A DNA stretch of 64,000 nucleotides, taken from contig OZ244960.1 in assembly GCA_965222605.1 (NCBI GenBank), positions 6,080,001 to 6,144,000 of the forward strand, given 5' to 3'. Of this stretch, positions 39,456 through 47,646 are shown one piece after another. This stretch comes from Candidatus Latescibacterota bacterium. Its GTDB lineage: Bacteria > Latescibacterota > UBA2968. The notes beneath the pieces are model-generated. The model was not told the DNA's origin. It was given only the letters and a program-made list of their open reading frames with translations, and searched no databases. The translations under genes and the position numbers were made by a program. Every line of letters starts with the position of its first letter. The first letter of the stretch is position 1.

Positions 39456-39896
39456 ATGCGCTATTTGAGGTTTATGGCTTTGGGTTCGGTGATTTTGGGG
39501 GTTGTAATGGCTGGTATCGCTGGCTGTGGTGGAGGCAACGAACAGTCGAACAATCTGCCGGTGAGACGTGCGAAAATGCGCGAGATTAAGCTGAGTACAG
39601 ACCGGATTATGGTCGCGCTGAAAAACGGGACGGTTGACGGGGTTGCCGATGATGCCGGGAAGATTCAGGATGCGTTAAAAGCGGTGATCGATCTCTATCC
39701 GCCGGAACACGAAGAGAAATACACGATTTACAACCGGGCGTCTCAAACACTGGCTTTGGGGATTGCGTCGGCTGCTAAGGGGGGAAATGTCAAGGAGGCG
39801 AATAAAAAGTTCCGAGCCATGGTGCCTTATTGCGGCAAATGCCACGAAGATTGCGCGTTTATGCTGGCTCCCGCATTTCCCGAATATGAAGAGTGA
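39456..39896 (+). CDS. Lipoprotein with C-terminal CxxCH (cytochrome c'-like)
   Basis: Lipobox IAGC; helical body; CGKCH near the C-terminus. Confidence 0.78.
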   Translation: MRYLRFMALGSVILGVVMAGIAGCGGGNEQSNNLPVRRAKMREIKLSTDRIMVALKNGTVDGVADDAGKIQDALKAVIDLYPPEHEEKYTIYNRASQTLALGIASAAKGGNVKEANKKFRAMVPYCGKCHEDCAFMLAPAFPEYEE

Positions 39897-39924
39897 GTTA
39901 GTGTAACAAAAAACGAGTATAACG

Positions 39925-39957
39925 AAAAAGCGTCGGCTATATTAGCCGACGCTTTTT
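39925..39957. terminator. Bidirectional intrinsic terminator
   Basis: AAAAAGCGTCGGCTA-TAT-TAGCCGACGCTTTTT between convergent genes. Confidence 0.88.
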
Positions 39958-39993
39958 GTTTTGATTTTTTCCTAGCTCTGCCTTAATTGCAGG

Positions 39994-40281
39994 TCAAGAG
40001 ACTTGATGCATTTTTTTGTATTCATGGAGCACAGACCGGACAGTTGTTTCGATGTTTTTTCCTCGGCCCTGGTACCACTTAAAAGTGTCTTGGTCCAAGG
40101 GAATGGAGAGCACGATTTGCGCCTGGGATAGAAATTTGTCATCTGTCGGCTGAGCATCCGGGTCAGATCGTGCGGCCTCTTCAATATCCGCTTCGGTCAT
40201 TGATTCAACCCTTACCATATCTGATTCGGTATCTTCAGGAAGACGATCCCGAGTATATCTCACGATATTTTCTTCTCTCAT
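39994..40281 (-). CDS. BrnA-like antitoxin
   Basis: SD..RV..MTEADIE..A.SDPD; SIPLDQD...WY..RG; overlaps and follows brnT. Confidence 0.8.
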   Translation of the reverse strand: MREENIVRYTRDRLPEDTESDMVRVESMTEADIEEAARSDPDAQPTDDKFLSQAQIVLSIPLDQDTFKWYQGRGKNIETTVRSVLHEYKKMHQVS

Positions 40282-40519
40282 TTCGATTTGCCCTTCTACA
40301 AGAAATGATTCGATAGCGATTTTCTCGAATGGTATAAACGACATAGTACTCTAAGCTATCGACAATACCGATCGCCACATACCGAGTTTCGCCGTAATTT
40401 TTTCGATCATCAAGAAATTTCAATATTGGACCATCAAAAATCCTGGCAGCCCGTAAAAAGCTGATTCCGTGTTTCTCAATATTGGATATATTTTTTGAAG
40501 AATCCCATTCAAATTCCAT
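40235..40519 (-). CDS. BrnT-family toxin
   Basis: MEFEWD..KN..NI.KHGISF..A..IF..YGE.RY..IG..VVYT.R..RIIS.R.AN..ER. Confidence 0.92.
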   Translation of the reverse strand: MEFEWDSSKNISNIEKHGISFLRAARIFDGPILKFLDDRKNYGETRYVAIGIVDSLEYYVVYTIRENRYRIISCRRANRNERRKYREIYSGSSS

Positions 40520-40580
40520 TGTATAAATATACGTAAGTTCGCGCTCAGATGCAATTTACATACTTTACCATAGGCCGGGG

Positions 40581-41339
40581 TCAGAACCGCCAGGTTTTCA
40601 GGGCGGTTTTTCCGAATATCCATTCTCTGTCTTCTGCATTGAGGCCAGACAGGTAATCCATCGGGACTTTGAGACTATTTTCATAGCCTTCGCGTCTGCT
40701 CACGGGGGGATAATCGCTTCCCCACATGACCCTTTGAGGACCAAAGGCTTCAATGGCCATGTCGGCGAGTGGGGGAATGGGGTCAAAAGGCAAAGGGACG
40801 GGACAGATTTCGCCGAATCCGGGGAGTTTGATGGATAGATTAGGCTGTTCGGCGAGTTTGAGGATTTTTTTGAACGTGTCATAAGGGTGCTGTTGACCTT
40901 CTCCAATGCCCGCGAGGTGTTCGATCACAATGGATAGATTTGGAAATTCGCTGAGTACTTCTGCAAATTCATCGCTCAGAAGGCTCTGAGGACTGCTCGG
41001 CGCACTGACGACGAGGTCGAGCTCGGCTGCTGTGCGCCACTGCGCGAGGGGATCGGCGCAATCGGCGCGGCTGTTTGCCGGAAGACGAATGCCGACAATA
41101 CCCTGTTCTGCCCATTGTCGCATGGCTGTGCCATCGTCTGTTGGGTCAACGATCATGGCCGCTTGAAATTTTCCCGGATGTGCCGCCATGCTGTCGAGCA
41201 TATACTGGTTATCCGAGTTCCCCGCGTACTGGATGAAAACGGCTCGATCGACGCCGGATGTGTTCATGTGGTAGAGAAGAGATTCTACGGGTTCGTATTT
41301 GCGAAGTCCAATGTGGCAGTGCGTATCGACAATAGTCAT
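40581..41339 (-). CDS. Amidohydrolase_2 family protein
   Basis: DTHCH, IEHL, FGPQRVMWGSDYP, IFG.TA. Confidence 0.9.
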   Translation of the reverse strand: MTIVDTHCHIGLRKYEPVESLLYHMNTSGVDRAVFIQYAGNSDNQYMLDSMAAHPGKFQAAMIVDPTDDGTAMRQWAEQGIVGIRLPANSRADCADPLAQWRTAAELDLVVSAPSSPQSLLSDEFAEVLSEFPNLSIVIEHLAGIGEGQQHPYDTFKKILKLAEQPNLSIKLPGFGEICPVPLPFDPIPPLADMAIEAFGPQRVMWGSDYPPVSRREGYENSLKVPMDYLSGLNAEDREWIFGKTALKTWRF

Positions 41340-41365
41340 TGCGTTTTTACTCCGAAGGGGTGGGA

Positions 41366-42055
41366 TCAAAACAATGCGCCCTGTTCGGGCGGTTGCGCGG
41401 GTTTCAGACAGTCTGGCGTGTCATTCCTCGGACTGTTGACAAGGGTAGAAACAGGATGTGCGATCATCTCTTGTGCGGAATAGGAAACGAGAAGGTCTTG
41501 CAGGTCGGTTCGTTCTGCTGGATCGAGCCAGAGGTCATACGCGTTAGCCGGTAGAATGACGGGCATGCGATTGTGAATCGGTGCCATCAGGTCGTTGGGC
41601 TCGGTTGTGATAATGGTACAGGATTGGATGCTTTGTCCTTTGGGAGAATGCCACGATTCCCAGAGGCCAGCAAAGGCAAAGGGGGCGCCGGATTTGAGAG
41701 CGATGTACATAGGGGTTTTGGTTCTGCTGTCGAGATTGCTTTGCCATTCGTAAAATCCCGTTGCGGGAATTAGACATCTCCGCCTTTTGAAGGCCGTGCG
41801 AAATGAGGGTTTTTCCGCAAGGGTTTCGCCCCGCGCATTGATGAGTCGGTTGCCAATTTTGTGATCTTTTGCCCACGATGGAATAAGTCCCCATTTGAAG
41901 GTGTCTGCCCGCGGCTCGGCGGTGTTGGCAATCGCCGTGATATCCTGGCCCGGTGCGATATTGTATCGCAATGGCATCTCGTTGGGGAAAATAACTTGTG
42001 GAAATGCGAGTTGGTTTTCATCGCATTGGACAGCGTAAACAAATCGACCGCACAT
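41366..42055 (-). CDS. SOS response-associated peptidase (SRAP/YedK)
   Basis: MCGRF, YNIAP, WGLIP.W, INAR.ET, RRCLIPA.GFYEW, IHNRMPVIL. Confidence 0.95.
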   Translation of the reverse strand: MCGRFVYAVQCDENQLAFPQVIFPNEMPLRYNIAPGQDITAIANTAEPRADTFKWGLIPSWAKDHKIGNRLINARGETLAEKPSFRTAFKRRRCLIPATGFYEWQSNLDSRTKTPMYIALKSGAPFAFAGLWESWHSPKGQSIQSCTIITTEPNDLMAPIHNRMPVILPANAYDLWLDPAERTDLQDLLVSYSAQEMIAHPVSTLVNSPRNDTPDCLKPAQPPEQGALF

Positions 42056-42227
42056 GGTATGATTCCTTGTTCATAGTTCATAGATTATCTTCTCAAATAT
42101 GTATAGTCCCTTCTCGTCAAATGTCAAGGTCTTTCCCGTAATAATTTTGCTTGCCCGATGAAGAGTGTCTCATTAAATTGTGCCGCGTTTTATAGATTGA
42201 TCTTTACATTTCCGATTGGAGGATGTC

Positions 42228-43286
42228 ATGGCAGCAGAGCTGGGTTTTGGCGTTGTTGGACTGGGTATGGGCAAGAACCACTGTCGGTCTGTCACACGGG
42301 CCAAAGGCGCGAAGTTGGTGGCCGTGTGTGATGTGGATGAGGAGCGTTTGGGGCCGACGGCTGAGGAATACGGGTGCAAAGCTTATACGAGTTATGAAGA
42401 GATGCTTCAGGACGATGAGATTCAGATCGTCAACGTTTGCGTTGAGTCCGGAAAGCACGCCGAGCTGGGTATCCAGGCCGCAGATGCGGGCAAGCACCTG
42501 ATCGTTGAGAAACCCGCGGATATTACGCCTGAGCGCGTCGATCAGCTGATTGGTGCGGTGAAGGATGCCGGCGTAAAGGTCGGATGTATTTTTCAAGCGC
42601 GTTTGGAACCTCTAAACAAGCGGATTAAAGATGCTGTTGATAGCGGTAAGCTGGGCAAATTGATCGGCGTTCATGGCCATTTGCCCTGGTATCGAGCGGA
42701 CAGCTATTATCAGGGCGCGCATGGATCGTGGAAGGGAACGTGGGATCTCGATGGGGGAGGCTCGCTGATGAATCAAGGGGTACATACTGTCGATTTGATT
42801 CAGTGGCTCGCAGGCGGTGTCGAGTCTGTGATGGGCATGTTCGGCGTTTTTGGACACGATATCGAAGCAGAAGATCAGACTGTGGCGTTGTTCAAATTTA
42901 AGAATGGTGCGATTGGCACGGTTTATACAACGACTTGCTGCTATCCCGGGCTTCCGCAACTGGTGACGATTTACGGTGACAATGGGTCAATTATGAAAGA
43001 TGCTTCAAAGTTGATTTCCTGGAAAATTCAGGGTGAAAACGAGGCATCGGAAGAAGCAGAGATGCTGAGATTTTACGGCGGCCAGGAAGACAAACAGAAG
43101 AATATTTCAGCAGATCCAATGGCTGTCAGTTCCGATGGGCACACATTGATCATCGAAGACCTCATCGGGGCGATCAATGAAGAGCGCGAGCCTATGATTG
43201 GCCTGGAAAGCGCGCGCCATGCCGTGGAAATTATTACTGCGGTGTTTGAATCCGGGCGCACGGGACGGGAGGTTAAAGTGGGGTAG
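42228..43286 (+). CDS. Gfo/Idh/MocA oxidoreductase
   Basis: GVVGLGMG, GKHLIVEKP, W.GTW.LDGGG.LMNQGVH.VD. Confidence 0.92.
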   Translation: MAAELGFGVVGLGMGKNHCRSVTRAKGAKLVAVCDVDEERLGPTAEEYGCKAYTSYEEMLQDDEIQIVNVCVESGKHAELGIQAADAGKHLIVEKPADITPERVDQLIGAVKDAGVKVGCIFQARLEPLNKRIKDAVDSGKLGKLIGVHGHLPWYRADSYYQGAHGSWKGTWDLDGGGSLMNQGVHTVDLIQWLAGGVESVMGMFGVFGHDIEAEDQTVALFKFKNGAIGTVYTTTCCYPGLPQLVTIYGDNGSIMKDASKLISWKIQGENEASEEAEMLRFYGGQEDKQKNISADPMAVSSDGHTLIIEDLIGAINEEREPMIGLESARHAVEIITAVFESGRTGREVKVG

Positions 43287-43308
43287 TATAAATTCATCGC
43301 CAAAAATC

Positions 43309-43339
43309 AAAAAGCCAGACATTGTGTCTGGCTTTTTTT
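43309..43339. terminator. Bidirectional intrinsic terminator
   Basis: AAAAAGCCAGACA-TTG-TGTCTGGCTTTTTT. Confidence 0.85.
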
Positions 43340-43357
43340 ATTGAGTCATAGATGGCG

Positions 43358-43708
43358 TTAGCCGGGGAATGCCTCCGCCATCGCCTCTTTGTCCGTGCCT
43401 ACAAATAGCCGCTCGCCGGTGTGTATCAGTGGTCGGCGTATCAGCCGGGGCTGTTCAACCATGAGGCGAATGAGTTCGTCCGCCGACACTTTCTCCCGGT
43501 CGAGTTTTAGCGTTCGCGCCGAAGGACTTCGCCACGAGAATATGTCGAAGGGCGGGGTATCGCCGAGCAATTCCCTAAGTTCTTCCTCAGTGAATCCATC
43601 CCTGAAGAAATCCCTCTCCTCAAAATTCACGCCTTCTCGTGAAAGCCACGCTTTCACCTTGCGGCAGGTGCTTCACCTGTTCCAGGTGTAAAAGTTGATT
43701 TCGGACAT
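43358..43708 (-). CDS. ArsC/Spx-family thioredoxin-fold protein, probable selenoprotein (UxxC)
   Basis: AGGAG RBS, ATG 43708, MSEINFYTWNR-TGA-STCRKVKAWL..; P.LIRRP; hairpin GTGAAAGC-GTG-GCTTTCAC after the TGA. Confidence 0.85.
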
Positions 43709-43728
43709 TGATATCTCCTATAACTTTT

Positions 43729-43959
43729 TTAAGCGAACTCAAAAACCTTCAAGGGGATGGACTTTTTCGGTTTTGCCTGCCCGTGGACCATCAGGCGAAT
43801 CTTTTCCGCGGTTTCGCGGCTGAATGTCTCTTCGCCGCAGCGGTTACATACCGTAGCTGGAATGCGGTCTATCAGGACGTATTTCCCATCGATCTGGAAG
43901 ATTTCTTCTACCAACTCCTCACGGCTTTCCGCAGCACCACAAATCGAACATGTGAACAT
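43729..43959 (-). CDS. YgiT-type zinc finger protein
   Basis: CSICG...IPATVCNRCGE..FS. Confidence 0.85.
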   Translation of the reverse strand: MFTCSICGAAESREELVEEIFQIDGKYVLIDRIPATVCNRCGEETFSRETAEKIRLMVHGQAKPKKSIPLKVFEFA

Positions 43960-43979
43960 GCTCACCTCCGCTTTATTGT

Positions 43980-46673
43980 TTACATAGAAACACCCAGAAG
44001 CCCTCGGGTAAATTGGAAGTCTGTGTTACCTATCAGAGGTGTTTTGGGTGTGTATTGCCGAGAGGCGACGGAGATGATCTGTCGCAAGAGGGTGTCGGCA
44101 TTGTGTTTGGGGTCGGCGTTGAAGATGAGGTCAAAGTCATCGCCATAGGACTGGGCTACGCGCTCTTCGGCTGTTGTTTGAAGCATGGGGGTCAGGGGAT
44201 GGCCCTGCAAGGGGTGGTCACCCGAGTAAGCGACGATGATGTGGACGCCTGTGCCGCCCAATCCCGTGAGGGTTTCCACCCAGTGGTCGGTCTGGCTGTC
44301 CATGATGTGATAGCCCGGTTGGGCGGGATCTTGCCCGTGTGCAAGAGTGGGCGCAGGTGGCGTGCTGCCCAGAACTTCGGATTGGTAGATGGGATGGGAC
44401 AAAAAACCCGCATTGTCGGGTACAACAAGCGTGGCACCTGTGCCGATCAGGATTTGGGATAAAATAGCGAGCGATTGTGCGGCAATATCGGAAATAGAAC
44501 CAGAAGCGTGAAGCCCGATGCGGAGCGCGGACAGGCTGGCGGGAGTGATTTCGGGAGGAGGCGTCTGTGCGAACTGGTCGAGAAAATAGGCTTCGACCTT
44601 GTCCAAAACAGCCTCGATACCGCCGTCGAGTTGTACGCTGGCCCATCCAAATGCATTGGGGCTGACCCCTTTGTCGTCCAGTGCGTGCCGAATATAGTCG
44701 TTGTGGGTCTTTTCACAGCCGTGTTCCAACAACAGACATGTGTGTACGAGGGGGTGGGTGAGGTAGCCGAGCATGGTGCGCGTGTAGAGGCGTTCGGTGG
44801 CTTCTCCCGATACGCCGCATCCTTCGGTGTGTGCGAGGGCGACAAAGCGCGAGATGCCCTTATCGAGCCCTAGGCCCTTTTGCGTGAGGCGTTTTGTCGC
44901 CATCAGCGCGATTTGTCCCGAACACAGGCTGGTGGGCAGAATCAGGCCCAGGCGGTCGGTTGTAACCCCATCCTGGGTGCGAATGGCTTCAAATCTGTAT
45001 TCGCCAGCGTCCGATGTCTGAATCGCGAGTGGCACACCCTGGGGTTCTGGCCGGTTTTTGAGATCGGGCAGGTGATCTGTTGAGGTCTGTCGCCAGGTGC
45101 GCCATATCGAGACTTGCGCGTGCGCGGCCTTTTCTCCTTTGCTGCGTTCTCCCGAGGCGATTTTGCAGGTCAGGTCAAACATATCGCTGCCGAGATCGTC
45201 CATGGGCGTGCCATCTAAATACGCGCCCGCATTGACATCCATATCTTTGCTGAGCAACTGATAGCGTTCGGATGTGGTCACAATTTTGATGGTGGGTACA
45301 AAGGGAAAGTTTGTGATTGAGCCGTTACCAGTGACAAAGAAGATCATGTTGCATCCGGAAGCTACCTGTCCGGCGATGCTTTCGAGATCATTACCGGGGC
45401 TGTCCATGAAATAGTACCCAGAATCGGTCATTGGTGCTGCGTAGTCAATGACGGAATCAAGGCGGACATCCGGGTGGCGTTTCATGGCTGCGCCAATTGA
45501 TTTGAGAACGATATTATAGAGGCCGCGAAACTTGTTGCCCCCGGAAGGGTTGCCTTCTGCTGTTGTGCCGTGCCAGGCAGCGAGGGTTTTATAGGCTTCG
45601 ACTTTGTCGAGAAAACATTGGGCGACATCGTGAGACGAGACATTTTGGAGGACATAGGACTCTGCACCGATGAGTTCGTCGGTTTCGGCGAGGTTGGCCG
45701 AGCCGCCGTGGCGAATGATCTCTCTTGCTACCCACGAAGCCAATGGATTGCCGGAAATGCCTGAGAATGCATCTGAGCCGCCGCATTGCAGCGCGATTTT
45801 GATGTGCGATAGGGGTTCGGGTGTGCGGGCCATTGCCTGGACTTGTGGCAGCCATTTGGCAATGATGTTTTCGCCCTGTTGTAGTGCGTCTTCAAAGCTG
45901 CCTTCAAGCGTGAGAAAGTGGTGCAGAACGTAATCGATGGGATAGTTGTTTTGCGCGAGATATTCCCGAAGGTGCTGATTGGTGATGGCTTCGTGGCCGT
46001 AGTCGATTGCGAGCACTGCACCGACGTTTGGATGTACTGTAAATCCGGCGAGTGTACGCAATAAGATGTCTTTGTTGTTGGGGATTTCGGTGCCGCCGCC
46101 TTCGGTATGGGCTACTGCGACAATGCCATCGATGTTGTGATAATCTCGTACGCGGTCTTTTAATCGCATTTCGAGTTGCTTCGCATAGCTGGCTGTGCGA
46201 GAGGATGTTCCCAGTATGACAATATTATTTCGCGTACCTACGCCTCGGCCTCCCGATCTTCTGTACCCCTGAAAAGTACCGTACTGATCATAGCGCTTGA
46301 CTTGCTCACCCGCCTCAAAGGTGGTCGCATCGATCTGGTGTGGAACAATGCGATCTTCAAAGTTGGGCACACCTGGAAGCTCAAAGTCGAGATCGCGGAG
46401 TTTGAGGGCGTCGAGGATCTCGGGGTTGCAGGCATAATCTCCGGGAGAGATAGGGTGCGTTGCAATGCCAAAGGGCAAGCCCCACGAGAGAAGGGGTTCG
46501 CCAGGCGCGATGGGCTGGATGGCAAAGCGATGGCCTTCGAGGATGGTGTGCCGAAGCGCGAAGGTCCGATCTGAATGGCTAATCTGCGTGCCTTTGTCTA
46601 ACTTGCAGGTCGCAATGCCTACGTTGTCTCCCGGAAGAGGGAGGCGACCGATTTCAGAAAATTTATGTGTCAT
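43980..46673 (-). CDS. UxaA/GarD-family sugar-acid dehydratase with a duplicated large domain
   Basis: N-terminal SAF domain (DNV, GHRFA, WGLPFG), VGTRN, HTEG, QCGGSDAFSG.S.NP, GNPS.GN, F.TG.GS; second HTEGCG..HP..GCE unit. Confidence 0.88.
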   Translation of the reverse strand: MTHKFSEIGRLPLPGDNVGIATCKLDKGTQISHSDRTFALRHTILEGHRFAIQPIAPGEPLLSWGLPFGIATHPISPGDYACNPEILDALKLRDLDFELPGVPNFEDRIVPHQIDATTFEAGEQVKRYDQYGTFQGYRRSGGRGVGTRNNIVILGTSSRTASYAKQLEMRLKDRVRDYHNIDGIVAVAHTEGGGTEIPNNKDILLRTLAGFTVHPNVGAVLAIDYGHEAITNQHLREYLAQNNYPIDYVLHHFLTLEGSFEDALQQGENIIAKWLPQVQAMARTPEPLSHIKIALQCGGSDAFSGISGNPLASWVAREIIRHGGSANLAETDELIGAESYVLQNVSSHDVAQCFLDKVEAYKTLAAWHGTTAEGNPSGGNKFRGLYNIVLKSIGAAMKRHPDVRLDSVIDYAAPMTDSGYYFMDSPGNDLESIAGQVASGCNMIFFVTGNGSITNFPFVPTIKIVTTSERYQLLSKDMDVNAGAYLDGTPMDDLGSDMFDLTCKIASGERSKGEKAAHAQVSIWRTWRQTSTDHLPDLKNRPEPQGVPLAIQTSDAGEYRFEAIRTQDGVTTDRLGLILPTSLCSGQIALMATKRLTQKGLGLDKGISRFVALAHTEGCGVSGEATERLYTRTMLGYLTHPLVHTCLLLEHGCEKTHNDYIRHALDDKGVSPNAFGWASVQLDGGIEAVLDKVEAYFLDQFAQTPPPEITPASLSALRIGLHASGSISDIAAQSLAILSQILIGTGATLVVPDNAGFLSHPIYQSEVLGSTPPAPTLAHGQDPAQPGYHIMDSQTDHWVETLTGLGGTGVHIIVAYSGDHPLQGHPLTPMLQTTAEERVAQSYGDDFDLIFNADPKHNADTLLRQIISVASRQYTPKTPLIGNTDFQFTRGLLGVSM

Positions 46674-46772
46674 AGATTGCGTTCCTTTGAAAAGTTTGTT
46701 CACAGTTATACGGAAAAGAAAAAATGATGTCAAGGGGTATGAGATATGAGGTAAAAAGCAATAAAAAATACC

Positions 46773-46830
46773 TTGACAGATCACATACATTTGGTTTATG
46801 TTTCTATCAGTTGTTTTATTAGTAAAACAA
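46773..46830 (+). promoter_or_regulatory. Sigma70-like promoter and palindromic operator for dtxR-feoAB
   Basis: TTGACA (46773), 18-nt spacer, TATGTT; TTGTTTTATTAGTAAAACAA (46811..46830) is a near-perfect palindrome. Confidence 0.65.
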
Positions 46831-46872
46831 CGGTTAAACGGCTAAACATACTCGTTCGAGGGAGGTGGTCAG

Positions 46873-47397
46873 GTGATGGCATCAGATGTATGGAAAGAAT
46901 ATGAGAGCAACGAGATTTCTCACAGTGTTGCCCATCATTTAGCTGCCATTCACGAGTTGATGGACGATCTGGGCTATGCGCGGGTTTCGGATGTGGCGCG
47001 TGCGCTGGAGATTACCCGGGGCAGTGCATCGCTAACGCTCAAAGCCCTCAAGGCACGCGGGCTGGTCGTGGAAGATCACAATAAATTTTTGAAATTGTCC
47101 GAAGATGGCCGCCGCATTGTCGATTCTATTTTAGCCAAACGCGCCGTTGTTCGCAAATTTCTCAACGAGGTGCTCAAGCTCGACGAGCATCAAGCCGAAG
47201 TGGATGCGTGCAAGGTCGAGCATCTTTTGAGTGCGCAAACTGGTGAGCAATTGCTGCATTTTGTGCATTTTTTGCTCTCTGATGATCCCACTGCGCAACA
47301 ATTTCTCGCCGAATTCTGGAGCAAGTTGGGTCAGAATGAGGAGTGGCAGTGGCCCGTTCAGGATGTTGATCAATTATTCAATTTGGAGTCTCGATAA
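46873..47397 (+). CDS. DtxR/MntR-family metal-dependent regulator
   Basis: ARVSDVARAL...SAS..LK.L...GLV; FL.EVL...A..DACKVEH.LS. Confidence 0.9.
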   Translation: MMASDVWKEYESNEISHSVAHHLAAIHELMDDLGYARVSDVARALEITRGSASLTLKALKARGLVVEDHNKFLKLSEDGRRIVDSILAKRAVVRKFLNEVLKLDEHQAEVDACKVEHLLSAQTGEQLLHFVHFLLSDDPTAQQFLAEFWSKLGQNEEWQWPVQDVDQLFNLESR

Positions 47398-47639
47398 TGG
47401 CTTATGCAACGGAGGCTGCAACACCGCTTTCAATATGGGGCCGGGGTGATGAAGGTACTATTGAAGGGATTTCAGGTGCCAATCAACTGGCGGCCCGACT
47501 GCGCGAAATCGGTGCTATGCCAGGTGTCCCTGTGCGCGTGTTACGCGTTGGGAGTACTGTGGTCATTCAGGTGGGTAGTAGCAGATTTTGCTTGCGGAAA
47601 ACCGATGCTGCATGCATTAAAGGAATGAAAGCAGCCTGA
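47397..47639 (+). CDS. feoA: Ferrous iron transport protein A
   Basis: RLREIG.MPG..V.V; directly upstream of feoB. Confidence 0.88.
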   Translation: MAYATEAATPLSIWGRGDEGTIEGISGANQLAARLREIGAMPGVPVRVLRVGSTVVIQVGSSRFCLRKTDAACIKGMKAA

Positions 47640-47646
47640 TTTTATT

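Noticed and set aside
39994-42055. brnTA and SRAP as a prophage or defence island
   Set aside because: No integrase, att sites or phage genes are present; they are common dispersed genes among metabolic loci.
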